Shown here in pieces: positions 40,129 to 53,289 of a stretch of 64,000 nucleotides of DNA. The stretch's first letter is position 1; each line of letters starts with the position of its first letter. The stretch is from Octopus vulgaris (lineage: Eukaryota): contig OX597814.1 of NCBI GenBank assembly GCA_951406725.2, forward strand, positions 203,856,001 through 203,920,000. Direction: 5' to 3'. Position numbers and translations under genes: made by a program. A model generated the notes under the pieces. It was not told where the DNA came from and ran no database searches. It saw only the letters and a program-made list of their open reading frames with translations.

Positions 40129-40827
40129 CCCTTTTGATACAAACCCATCTGAGGCAACTCTTGGTTCTATAATACAAATTTCCTGTTTTAACCCTTTAAC
40201 ATTCAGATTATTCTGTCAAGTGTAATGCTTTTCCATTCGTTGCCAGCGCCGCCCCGACTGGCCTCCGTGCCGGTGGCACGTAAAAGCACCATCCGTTCGT
40301 GGCCGTTTGCCAGCTCCGTCTGGTACCTGTGTGGGTGGCACGTAAAAAACACCAACTACACTCACGGAGTGGTTGGCATTAGGAAGGGCATCCAGCCGTA
40401 GAAACACTGCCAGATCAGACTGGGCCTGATGCAGCCTTCTGGCTTCACAGACCCCAGTTGAACCATCCAACCCATGCTAGCATGGAAAGCGGACGCTAAA
40501 TGATGATGATGATGTTTTTTGAATTAATCATGCATTATTTCATAGCTTTAAAATTTTGATGGATGTAATTGCAGATTTTTAGAATGGCATTGAAGGTTGA
40601 TGTGATAGGGTGGATCTGGTTGGTTGGAACATAAAGCTGGTAGCATATTTGGGTCAGAGATGGCTGATTTAAATGCTAAAGAGTTAAGCTTCCTTCTGTC
40701 ACAACTCCATGTTAACTGATGTTCTATATACCAAATTAATAGGGTTATGTTTCACCATTCTTCATTGTATTCGAAACTAAACAAAACAAAGGCAGTGTAT
40801 TTCAATACAATTATGGTACCAACAGGG
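40129..40827. mobile_element. Nested cluster: MITE family B containing MITE family A (40192-40683), which contains a SINE (about 40239-40513)
   Basis: The outer ends match the 49328 element, the inner element is bounded by TTAA, and the SINE ends in (GAT)n. Confidence 0.75.
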
Positions 40828-41373
40828 CCGAGTAGGAGGGATGGCAATGTATTTTGACTACAGAACCAACAAGATGCTGAAATCAACTCTCTGTGCCCAT
40901 ACACATAATTTTTACCATTTTTGTGGAAGAAATTGTTGTGTGTTGTATTTTTATTTTATCACAGATAGATATGCATTGTACAGTTAGCATCACTTGACTG
41001 TGAAATGGGAATGGAATCTGATTTTTTATTATTCAGAAGAAGAAAAGAAGAAAAGAGGGGAGATACAACGACTGGAAAAGCAAGGTTTGAATAGTCACCA
41101 TGTGAACTTCAAAATATACAATGGCAAGTTCAGGATTGGCCAATGTAACTTAGAAATTTAGAAATGATTTAATTAAATTTGTTTATATAAGGAATTGGAA
41201 TGATGTTGCTGAATGCACACATGCACACACAAATACAGAGGTAATTGCAAAAGAAAATATAAATACTTCACATTACCATCTGTGTGTGTGTGTGTGTGTG
41301 TGTTGCATTGCACATATCTATGTGTATGCCTGCATAGTATACATTCTGTAGGTGCCTGTGTGTATAAGTATGG

Positions 41374-41418
<45 letters not shown>

Positions 41419-42105
41419 CACACACTTGCGTATATCATGATAGGAACAACAGGAAGATAGCTAGAGCAGCATTTTAATATATTTAAGCCAGAATATTTGT
41501 ATTCACCGACAGCTATTCAGTATTGCAGAGAGGTTTAGGAACCATTATGCAGCTATATCATTGTCCACTCAGTGTGTTTCTTAGCAACAATTCTAATATG
41601 GTAAATACCAATTGCTCTTTTGAGAGTCTGATACAAATTTTTATATATTTCATTAGATGATTTTCAGCAATACTTAAAAAGACATTTCAACAGCAACAAC
41701 TAACCTAACAACAACAACAAAAAGTTTTCTCCTCTAACACTGAATAAACTTGCAGAAAATAATCTACATATTTAATAGAATCTAGCTTTGAAATGTTCTG
41801 AACAAGTAGCACATTGCTCAGGAATAAATGTGTTCAGCACATCAGGTATAAATTGTATTCTTTCACATCTTTTGTCGTCAGCACAGTTGGGAGAGCGTTA
41901 GACAGAAGGAAGTGGAACTATTGATACCAACAGGAAGTATCTCATGTATGCAACGATAAGAATGACAAAAAGACAAAATTCGAAAGAAATGAGAGAAAAT
42001 GACTGATTTAACCCTTTCAATACTAACCCACCTGAGACTACCCCTGGTTCAATGATATAAATTTCCTGCTTTAGAATATTCCAAATCAAAACTCCTATCA
42101 AACTT

Positions 42106-42350
42106 CATCATCATCGTCGTCATCATTTAACATCCACTTTCCATGCTAGCATGGGTGGGACGATTTGATTGAGGACTGGCGAATCAGCTGGCTGCACCAG
42201 GCTCCAATCTTGATCTGGCAGAGTTTCTACAGCTGGATGCCCTTCCTAACGCCAACCACTCCAAGAGTGTTGTGGGTGCTTTTACGTGCCACCAGCATGA
42301 GGTCCAGTCAGGTGGTACTGGCAACGGCCACGCTCAAATGGCAACGACCT
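42106..42350 (-). mobile_element. RTE-related SINE family C, 5'-truncated, with 14-bp TSD
   Basis: TSD ctcctatcaaactt at 42092-42105 and 42351-42364; core ttggcgttaggaagggcatccagctgtagaaa; (GAT)n tail. Confidence 0.9.
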
Positions 42351-45300
42351 CTCCTATCAAACTTTATGTTTTCTTTTACTTGTTCCAGTCATTAGATTGT
42401 GGCCATGCTGGGACACTGCTTTGAAGAATTTTAGTTGAATGAATTGACTCCAATACAAATTTTTTTTTGTTTTTGTTTTGAAACCCTGGTATTTATTCTG
42501 TTGGTTTCTTTTGTCAGACTGCTAAGTTATGGGGACATAAACACACCAACACTATTGTCAAGCAGTGATGGGGACATACACAAACACAAAGACACACATA
42601 CGCAAACACATACAACTGGTTTCTTTCAGCTTCTGTCTACCAAATCCACTCACAAGGCTTTGGTCAGCCTAAGGCTATAATAGGTGTCATGGAGAGAGAC
42701 CAAACCTGAGTGGGAAGTAAGTTTCTTACCATACAGCAATGCCAGCACTATTTAGTTTATATTCAAAACACCAGCTTAATTACAAAATTATGAGACAGAA
42801 TTCTTCATTATTTTCAAAAGTAATGGAAACAAACAGTATATTTCAACAGAAGTATTCTAACACAAAGGTTAATTACTTAGTTCAAGTTAAGAAAGTCACA
42901 AAAAGTGATAAAACCTACTACTACAATTCCTATCACTGTTACTATGATCAGCTTCATGTTTTTCCTAACATGGATTTGATAGGTTTCAATTTCTCATGTA
43001 GCACCATGCACCCCATGGTGGATCTAAGTATTGGTGGCAGTTCTAGTAAAATTTAGTTTTACCATTTGGCTGGGTACTCAATATCAACAGCTGCTATAGT
43101 GGCACTAATTAGGGCCATTTATCATAGATATCAGCATGGGGAAACAGAACCTGTATAATGATAGATGCCTTTCCTATTTCAGCTTCAGTTTCCAAAGTGA
43201 TATGGAATAGTTGCATCTATGAACACTAGATAAAGATTACCTGCCGGGATCAATTTCTTTTCTAGATCACTGAAACTGTCATGGTTGAGATAAAGTGAAA
43301 ATTGATCAAGTGTAAGTATCACAGAATCTCATGCTCAGAAATATACTGTTTTTGCCATGGATGGCATTATATTCCCAGGCTGTAAGTCAGAGCGTCTGAA
43401 ACTTAGATTTAATTAAGCCATTTTCTCAAAGATGTAATGTAATGAGTTGAAAAACTGATCAACTAAGATCATCCATGCAACAGAAAATAAACCCTCCTTC
43501 CAGAGATATTTAAGATAAAGGTAGGAAAATAAGTGCAATTTGTAGATTGCAGTTATCTAAGATCTTTAAATGGAAACTTTTGGACACTACAGACAATACA
43601 AATTGGAGTGAATCTGGTGTTTAAAACCAAATGACATGTTTTAATTTTATGAAATGCCAGTAAAGCAATCGATGACAGAATGGAAAGTAGTAGACATAAA
43701 ATGATGATGATGATGATATAATATGTTTGGAGTGAAAATTGGTACATTCAAACACTAACATCATATAGTAGTCACTTCCAACCAAGTTATATACCCTAGT
43801 ATTAAGATAGCAATGAAATAAGTATGAGACTGAATATTGTCACCTATAATATCGACTAAAACCCTGAAGGTTTCAGTCAATTATATCGACCTCCAGTATG
43901 ACATATCCAACAATTGAAACCAGTAAAAAGAAAGGGAACTGTCTTGAGGTTAAAATATCTTTTCAAATATTCCTTAGAAATGAAGGAAACCTCGATGAAG
44001 ACATAAATGAAAACACATAAACCATAAAAGTCCTTTACAACAATAGGAAAATCACAATTTAATGGCCTTTAGAAAGGTGTGAACATGTTTCCTTTCTAAT
44101 CCTATATATATATATATATATATTTGAAACATTGTACAAAGTCAAAAAAGAAATCAATATTATTAAATTTACAGAAGTAATTTTTGTTTTAATATGAAAG
44201 TGAATTACTGTTTAGCAACACAAGTATGGGAATTAGATGCAGTTTTACATCCATTTTTGTTAACATTAAGCCAAGTCGTCTAATGTTAACATTAAAAACC
44301 ACTTTATCAATACTTCATTGAAACATTTTCATATGTACACACACACACATATAGTGATAGAGGAAGAAAGACATAAAAACACATGCACGCATGTGTGTGT
44401 GTGCACACACACACAGACATATACATACACACATTACTTTTTGTTATTAAAGTATTCAATGCATCAAGAAATAGAGCGTGCTTAAATTTTTATTCAGTAA
44501 ATTTAACTTAACTTGTTATTTCTACACCATACTCACATGTATGTATACTACAACGCAGAAAAAAAAAACTTGCTCTGGATTTTAGGCAATATTCTAACGA
44601 AATATTGTTTCTGATCATACCAACTACAAGACCACACACAACTTTATTCTTCAGTCTTTTCCCTTCTCAGCAATACCCGATCAAGATGCACTCATGCCTA
44701 CCAGAAACATGCTATTCTATATCTCATATCAGTGGTTTCTCATATTACAAGATTTGAGGGCAATAAAATGCTGATAATCCTGACATCAATAGAGCTTTCA
44801 ACCATATCTCTAACTGTACCAAAAGACAGTTACTTATATATATATTAAGGAAACAGAGGTACAACACTGATTCATGTATAACACACAGCTAAACTTTCAG
44901 ATATGTGACATCTGATGATTCTTCAGAGTGACCACACCTATTATATGTCTAAAACTGCTTGCTGAAGGTTATGCTTTCTCTTCAGAACCAGTTACCTGCT
45001 TCAGTCCATTCCAGTTACATGAAGCAACAACAGAGCTTTTACATGGTTGTTCATCCTGCTAAAACTAGCAGCTAAATTATCCTAAAATCGTAGGAAGACA
45101 TTGAATAATGTAATCCTAGATATACTTATGTTCCCTCTTATCAAAAAAAAAGAAAAACAATGGTATTTTTTTTATTAAAAAAAATTTTTTTTTTAGTTTC
45201 AGCTCAGAGCTGTGGCCATGCTGATGCACCGCCATATGGTGATAACAGGAACACCTTTAATGATAGGTACACTTGGTTAGAGCTAACCTTGGGCTAAAAC

Positions 45301-47287
45301 TTTGGATCAAACACCTCTGTCTGATTTATAGATCTTCACTCTACAACCATACCCTCCCCCACCAAAAAAATTATACCATTACTAAAACACTGCTCCACTG
45401 AAATGCAAGTTCTATACTTCCCCCTTCACCTTTTCCCCATCTACTGTGTGTCAATTCCTTAACTCTATGGTTAACAATGCAGAATGGTTTCCCTTTAAAA
45501 CAGTTATGTCTTTGACCATCCCCTGCCACTATCCATATTTCCATATCAACCTGAACACCAATTACTCCAACTTAACCTTTTCATTAAACTACATTGTGCT
45601 TGTTTTAATCAATTTTTGAAATAAGAAAGATTTCATTAAACTAGCTTATTAAGCTGCTGTTTGGAACATAAACATGAAATGTCAAAAAGGCTTTAATTTA
45701 AATCACTTTAAAACAAGGAATTTGTATCATAATAAAACCAGGGACATTCTTAGATTGGTTGGTGTAAAAACCGCCAAATCTTGACACAATATTTCTATTG
45801 AAGTACACTGTGACTGTCTCAATTAATTTTGAAAATAACGAGGAATTCAGTATAACTGTCATTAATTAAGCCAGTTTTTGAAAGATACATTAACAAGGTT
45901 TTGATAAAAGGGTTTTATTTAGATCACTTGAAAACAAGGATTCTGTATCACCAAACCATGTTCAGTTTCAGGTGGGTTGGTTTAAAAAGGATTTAAAATG
46001 AGAGAATAAGAGAGTATGCATTTGTGTGTGTGTGCACACGTGCATGCATGCTGGTAATGGCACAAATACTATGAATAAAAAGAGGCAGGTAGCTGATTCC
46101 GTGACCAAGGTTAACGCTGAAACCTGCTAATTTCTCAAATTCCCAAAGAGTAATTAAAATCCAATGTTCTGTAGCAAGATGTATACACAGTGAAGCACAC
46201 TCAAGTCAATAAATTTAATAAAAGAAACCACATCACAATTAGCTACTTAGAGAAAGGTGTTAGGTTTGATTTACAACTTGCTGTTCCATCTTTCAATGCC
46301 AATTCTTAGTTATAATGTTCTAGGTTCTTTGATGCCAAAGTGGTACATTCACCAATATTTAATCTGTATTTTTTTTTAAGCAGTGAATATTGCTCTACTA
46401 AGAATGGATTCAACATTTTCTATAAAAAAAACAAAAAAAACAAGGTGAGGTGCTAAAAATAGTGTCAAGGTTGTGAGAAAAGAGGTGAAAAGACTTTAAT
46501 AGAAATGGAGATAAAGTTTAATAACTGGTTCAGTCAATACTGCTGTTGCCTGCTGTGTGTGAATGTGTGTGTTAACAATACTGTTAATGCTTGTATCTCT
46601 GCTAATGTATCTCTAGTGAAACTCTGATATGAACAGGAAGTATTTGTGAAGAACTCTGGCCTTCAAAATCAGTCTGCAACCCGTGAACAGATAGGACTTT
46701 CATGTTTTTTTTTAAACAGCTTTCTCCATTATAGTATAGATGGCTTCATTAGGGGAAAGAGAAAGGGCAACACTGATAACATTGGCAGGGCCACAGGGGC
46801 AGTTGAGGAGTGGGGGAGGGGAATCATAACAGATGGATTGTGTTCAAATCAGACACCCAGTACGATAAAGGTTGTATTAGATATAGATATATGTATACAC
46901 ACACACACACACACACATACACAAGCATCCAAATATCAATAAACATTATCTATATATATACACCTTAACCATCCCATAAACAGTGTATAAACTTACTGTA
47001 ATGCTATACAGATAAATGTACACAGCTATGCTTTATACAGTATTCAAATATTAATATATACATGTATATATAATAAGCTACATACAATATGTAAATATCA
47101 ATAGACACATCTACATGGCAGAGTAGGCTGTATAGGTAAGAAGTTTGCTTCCCATCAACATGGTTTTGGGTTCAGTCCCATAGTGTGGCACCTTGGGCAA
47201 GTGCCTTCTAAAATAGCCCTAGGCCAAACAAGGCCTTGTGAGTGGATTTGGTAGATAGAAACTGAAATAAGCTTATTATATATATAT

Positions 47288-47330
<43 letters not shown>

Positions 47331-47368
47331 AATGGAGTTAAACGCAGGTGTTATCCAACTTCTTTTAC

Positions 47369-47454
47369 TTCCGACATATGTTTCGAAGACAACATTGGTA
47401 TTATTCCAAAAGGAATAAAATGGTGTAAAACAATGTAATCTTCTCATTAGGGAA
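47369..47454 (-). ncRNA. Type I hammerhead ribozyme motif in the inverted PLE repeat copy (degenerate, G5A)
   Basis: Minus strand reads ttcc-CTAATGA-gaaga...tcttc-GAAA-c-atat-g-TC-ggaa. Confidence 0.7.
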
Positions 47455-47530
47455 AGAAAGAAAGAAACCAAAGGTAAAGTCTTTTAAAGATAGCTACATT
47501 AACAATAAGGCAACTACTAGCAAAACTATT

Positions 47531-48222
47531 TGGTTGATTATTCCTTATGAGAGGCAAAATAAATCTAATCTTCCTTTCCAGTTCTGTGAAGCTATTACTA
47601 AGAACTTTCCAAAGAATTCTAGGTATTATTCGATTATCAACTTGCACATGGTTAGGATTACTTTTTATAACACAAAAAAAATCTTTCACAAATTATCTCT
47701 TCACATAAAATTAGTCTGTTAAATAAGAATCCAATTACTGAAAATACTAACATTAATTTAGCTAATACTAACCATCCCCCTAGTAATATTAATAACAAGG
47801 TTATTGTCTCTCAAGTCAATTCCAACAGAATTAAGTTTATGTCTAGTAATTCTAAGACTAAAAACTCTATATACCAGTGTAAAATTACTTCCACTACTGA
47901 TGTCTTTTTTTATATAGTTTCTTCCTAGTTATCTAAAAGAATTTCTAATCATTACTCTACATTTAGGGATAGTAATAAACACAACAGTACAGGGCTTAGT
48001 AAATTAATTTGGTACCTAAAAGATCATAATAAACAATTTAATTTAGATTGGTTGATTCTCTCCATTTCATTCCCATACGATAAAGGCAAAGAATTCTGCC
48101 AACTCTGTAATAGTGAGTTCTTTTATATTCTATTTTCTAAGAATCCTCTTGTAAACACATTTATAGAGCATGCTTATTGATGTAAACATTGGCAGAAACA
48201 TACCTTTAGTTCATATAAGTGA
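47531..48222 (+). pseudogene. Decayed PLE ORF: RT C-terminal/linker region and GIY-YIG endonuclease
   Basis: WLIIPYERQNKSNLPFQFCEAITKNFPKNSRYYSIINLHMVRITFYNT resembles the PLE thumb/linker. It is followed by SIYQCKITSTTDVFFYIVSS*LSKRISNHYSTF...STGLSKLIWYLKD...CQLCNSE...LVN...E...*CKH, with in-frame stops. Confidence 0.8.
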
Positions 48223-48513
48223 TTTCTACCATGCTATATAATTTGAACATTGATTTCCTTCTTACATTTCACTAGATATATTTATTTCCAAACCTTTAAA
48301 CTTTTGTTTTAATTCACATATTGCTCTATATTTCTCCTTTATTAGTTTTCTGCTTATTTCTTTCTTTTACCTCTTCTCTTTCTATAGGCTACCTTTGATG
48401 TTATATCTACTTATGGCTTCTTGAAAAAACTTAATAGCGTTCCGTTCATCATTATAGACATTGATCACATTCTGTTAAAATGTCTTATTAATATGTTTGG
48501 TTTCTTTCTTTCT

Positions 48514-48595
48514 TTCCCCGATGAGAAGATTACATTGTTTTACACCATTCTATTCCTTTTGGAATAAAATGCTGTCTTTGAAACATATGTCGGAA
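48514..48595 (+). ncRNA. Type I hammerhead ribozyme motif in the PLE terminal repeat (degenerate, U4C)
   Basis: ttcc-CCGATGA-gaaga..(long stem II)..tcttt-GAAA-c-atat-g-TC-ggaa: stem I ttcc/ggaa, minimal palindromic stem III. Confidence 0.7.
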
Positions 48596-49327
48596 GTAAA
48601 AAAATTTGAATAACATCTGCGTTTAACTCCATTTATTTATTTCTATTATATCATACAAAATATTTCACATCAACTCGGAGTTTCTATCTTTACAAACAGG
48701 GTGTTAAGTCCTTATTACTAGTGTGATTTTTTTGTTGCCCTGGTAACTGTTTATTTTTTCCATGTTAATAGTTAACAAGGGGAAAATACACACATCCCTT
48801 TATATATATGTGTGTGTGTGTCTGTGTGTGTATCCTTGTTTTGACATCATGTGATAGTTGTAAATGAGTGTCATTGTCATGTAAGCAGTGTTGTTCATTT
48901 CCATATTCTGTAAAAGAATGTCTGAACATGGGGAAATATCTTGCCTGGAAACAAATGAAGGTTGGTAATAGGAGAGGCATCAAGCCAGAGAAAATTTGCT
49001 TCAATGGGCTCCTTTGAATCCATGCAAGTATGGAAAAGTGGACATTAAAATGATAATGATGATAACATGTCCACAATTAGATACACACAATATGTATCAT
49101 TTCTAATGTAGGCATAAGGCCAGAAACTTAACAGTAGGGAAACTGCTGATTTCACTGATATCAGTCAGTACTTCAGTGATACTTCATTTTATCAACTTCT
49201 GAAGGACAAGAGTTTGGCCTAGTAATGGCATGTAGTCTAGAAGTTATGACATTGCAATCATAATCACATGATTGTGGTTTCAATTCCTGGACTGAGTAGT
49301 GTGAAGTTCTAAAGCAAAATACTTTAA

Positions 49328-49549
49328 CCCTTTCGATACCAGCCTGCCTGACACCACTCCTTGGCTCTGTGGTACAAACATCTTATTTTCAAGAGTCCTG
49401 AATTAAAATCTTCCATTAGAACTTAATGTTAATTTGTGATCCAAACACTAATTAATAACAACAAAGTTATTTCACTAAATTCTTCTTTATTTTCAAAATT
49501 AATTCAAGTAAAGACAGAGTATCTCAACAAAAATATGGCAGCAAAAGGG
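49328..49549. mobile_element. piggyBac-like MITE family B
   Basis: ttaa-ccctttcgatacc...ggcagcaaaaggg. Related copies at about 7834-8045, 42012-42105, 45575-45770, 45785-45995, 58330-58716 and 63244-63442. Confidence 0.7.
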
Positions 49550-52419
49550 TCAGACACCTTATTTCACACGGCTTGACTAATCAGCTGCAAATGAGTAACC
49601 CCTACAACAGATTGGGGTCCTGTTCAGAGAGGAAGTTGTGATATTGGCCAGTCATACACCATGGGAACCAGGTAAGCAGCCCAAAAAGTTCTAGGGCTCA
49701 AGACAGTAATGTCCTGGAGTTATTGAGGACAATAATGATAATGATGATGATGGCAACGATGCAGGGTGAAATCCAAAATTGACTTTGGTGGGATTTGAAC
49801 CCAGAATTAAAAAAAAAAATACTGCAAGGTATTTTTGTTGATGCCCTAACAATTTTGTCTATCATTACAGCTTGAATGCACCAAATATCGACATTATAAA
49901 TACAAGTGTGCTTATACACACACAAACACTTGGTCACATAAACTGATTATAGAAATAAAAGCCTTTCTTCTTGTTAATTGCATGGCAGATTACATTGTTA
50001 CAGTGATTTGTTAATGTTTGCAAAAGGCACTCAGCTGAAGGCACTGGTTTTCCAGTGGTTAATGAATTTAAATCTATGGAACCATGCAATGGAAGGAGCT
50101 GCAAACTAAGACCAAATGGTTTTAACCAGAGAGCCATGCTCTCACCTATGTTTAGTAGTTGGATATTCCATGGTTAGATCTTACTGTCATGACATGGAAA
50201 TGAAACATTATGAGACCTATTACAAGAAGTCAGAAAATGGTATCAGCTATGGCCAAAGTCTTATACTAAAAATTAAGAAAACATTTTACATTAGTCAAAT
50301 ATCTGCTACAATAGCCATGGATCAACCAAAGCTTTGTGAGTGAATCTGAAAGAAAGAGACTGAAAGAGGCCTGTCGTGTGTGTGTATGAGTGTGTCTCCC
50401 CGTCCTTCTCTTGACACCACATGAAGGTTGTAATGGGCATCATGCAAGTGATGTTGTCCGTTTGCAGTCTTCCATGAAAAATGTGGCCAAGAGGAAACAT
50501 TACTTTGCTTGGAAACAGGTGAGGGTTGGTGACAGAAAGATCAACCAGCCATAAAAAGAAAAACACTTAAACAACTTCTGTTTGATGAATGAAGCATGGA
50601 AAAGTAGATGCAATGATGATTGCGAAATAAATGAGCAGCAGGCAGCCTCAAGACATGGCTTGCATTGGTGCCATATTTACCATTCATCTTAACATATTCT
50701 ACAGAAATATATTATCTGATGAATGTCCCGTCATTACCATAATCAATGATGATAAGGTGATATGCCAGAAAGAGGAAATTTAGAGGTACTGAAGGCAAGA
50801 GTTTACCTGATTTGACAGGTGAGTCTTGAACTGATTCTTGAGTTAATGGGGGGAAAAAATAAGAACCTAAAGTTTTGTACAGTGAGATTGAACTCAAGCC
50901 TTTGTAGTTCAGAAGTGAACTCCTTATTTTGTGGATAAATTTTATCAATATAGATACACATATACAAGGCTGTGTGGCTAACAAGTTCACTTGGCAACCA
51001 TGTAGTTTTGGATTCAGACCAACTACATGGCACCATGCACAAGTGTCTACTACTCTAAGACCCAGACTAACCAACCAATGCCTCTTCCATTTGTGTGTGA
51101 ACACACACGTCTTTGTTTGAATTTATCACACGTTATTTAACAAGCAATGTTGGTTTGTTTACATCCCTCTAACTTAGCAGTTTCACAAAAGAGCCCAGCA
51201 GAACAAGTGCCAGACTTATGAACAGCCAGAGTTGATGCCCCAGCATGATCATAGATTGAAACAAACTAAGTATATATATATATATATACATACATATATA
51301 TATACATACACACAAAGGAATTATATGAAGATTGGAAATCATCCAAGTGAAAAGAATAATGATAACAATCTGAAATATTGATTTCTAACAGCAATGATAT
51401 ATCATCCCATAAACACAGCAATGCAGTAGCAATACATATGTAACATACACACACACACACACACATACACACACACACACACAAACAAACAAACAAACAT
51501 GAATAGTTTGAATGCACCAATCATTGATACAGATATGAAAGATAAGTATTATATAAGCATGTTTATACACACACAAAGGCTTGGTCATGCAAAGTGAATA
51601 TAGAAAAGAGGGAAAAAAAAGAAACAAAAGATCATTCTTCTTATTTCCTTAACAGATTAGTTTGGTTAGAATGATTTACTCTGAGAAGTATGCTTGTGTG
51701 AAAGACAGTCTGTTACAAAACCTACAAGGATCAGTGAGACAACAATTGTATTAATTCTAATTTGCTATCAGAAATGGTACTTAGAGCTTTACAATAGAGA
51801 ATCCAGTAATAGCAATGTGAAGATTTACTCAACATAATCTAGTTCTTGTAAACTAGCTACTGAAATAAAATACTACCAGGACTGGTAGGTGGCCAACAGA
51901 GGGGGGAAAAAAAGAGAGAAATAATAAGAAATAATACCACTTGCTCAGCAAACATCCTTTCCAAATAATTTAGTTTCCATTTGTTCTTTATCTCATGCCT
52001 GTAAAGTGTCCATACCAGAAATAAATATCGTAAATTTATATTTATAATAGCAACATAACTTTGCTTCAGAACAGTTGCCAAAAAAGCAAAGATCAATCTA
52101 ATTAATATTATAGCCAATATTTTGACAAGATCTGTCAGTGTAGCCTAATTCACTCGTCAGTAGAAGTCGATACTGCAACTTGATTCAAATCTAAGTCAGA
52201 AGAGTTAAACTTGGCTGTTCTGCAAGCTATCTCTTCTAATGAATAAAGTGAAATTACAGTAACTTTTATAATCAATGTACAGTTTCTAGAGTAACAACTG
52301 GCTTGAAATCTAAGTCTAAGTTTGGTATTTTATGATCAGACTTTCAGCTGATGATTGCTATATAACACAGAAACACAAAAAGACCATTGCAACCTCTCCA
52401 AGACTAATGAGTTTGATGT

Positions 52420-52830
52420 CATTAGCACTCCATTGCAGGTGAACACCTGCAGAGAAGACACAAACAAGAAATAGGTTCTGGGAAGAAAGGACGGGACATA
52501 GTGGTTAGTGCAGGGAAAGGAGACTGGATACACTAAGAGGTGGAAAGATGAATGAGTTGGTGGCATCTAAGTGGTGAGGGTAAGAGACCAACCAGCTCTG
52601 AGGAATGAGGCCATTAAAGTAATAAATAGAAAAGACAAAGGAGAACCAAAGGCTGAAGCATGTACATTAGGGATTAAACCGCAATTAGTCAAGTGGCCCT
52701 TTTCTGGATGCAGTCCCTGATATATGACATGTGCAGCAGTAACACTTTCCCAAATGTGGGAGAATTGTTCCAGGCCTTGTAGAATGTCAGCAGTTGTTTG
52801 GGGCTGAAATATTGCATAATGAGACTAACT
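52420..52830 (-). mobile_element. Decayed CR1/Jockey-group LINE 3' fragment
   Basis: Minus-strand pieces QYFSPKQLLTFYKA, DCIQKR and CTNHYVPSFLPRT resemble the C-terminal region of CR1-group ORF2. Confidence 0.6.
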
Positions 52831-53169
52831 ACTAAATGTCAACCAAGCTAGGTCAAAAGAATCTCATGTTTTCATTGGTTGTATTTAGAGCATGTGACAA
52901 AAACAATATTTCGAAAAGAACACAGGGAGCTGGTAAGCTGTTGGTAGCATCTGCTAGTTAATAAAACTAGAAAATATTGCCCTTTAGCTTTGTTATTTTT
53001 TTCTGTTTTTATTCTGTGGCAACAACCACAAAGAAAACAGTTTAATTATGTTTGTGAACTCTAGATTAGGGGTGATTATAATTGAAAAGCTGATAGAAGC
53101 CAAGAGGAAATATAAAAGAGACTATTAAAGAGCATAAAACAACAAAAAGAGAAAGAGAGAACAACTTAC

Positions 53170-53289
53170 ATTTTGTCGCTCACCAGTAATTTGAGCAAGA
53201 CAAACCATCTCTTTACCAAAGTGGCTGAATGCATCCATGAAATCCGTGAAATTTGAAACACGTTCTAATTTCACCAAACTGGCCAAAAC
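53170..53289 (-). CDS. CTNNAL1: Alpha-catulin internal exon (first in window), 120 nt, phase 0/0
   Basis: Translates VLASLVKLERVSNFTDFMDAFSHFGKEMVCLAQITGERQN, resembling the alpha-catulin N-terminal vinculin-homology region (F..FG.EMV..A..G.RQN). Acceptor ttttttacag and donor gtaagt on the minus strand. Confidence 0.93.

Larger units (their letters stand above)
47329..48800 (+). mobile_element. 5'-truncated Penelope-like retroelement (PLE) with inverted terminal repeat, inserted in the (TA)n tract of a SINE
   Basis: About 140-bp inverted repeats at 47329-47472 and 48496-48635 enclose a decayed ORF (RT C-terminal region plus GIY-YIG). The host SINE head (47117-47280) resumes as SINE body at about 48800. 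Confidence 0.85.
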
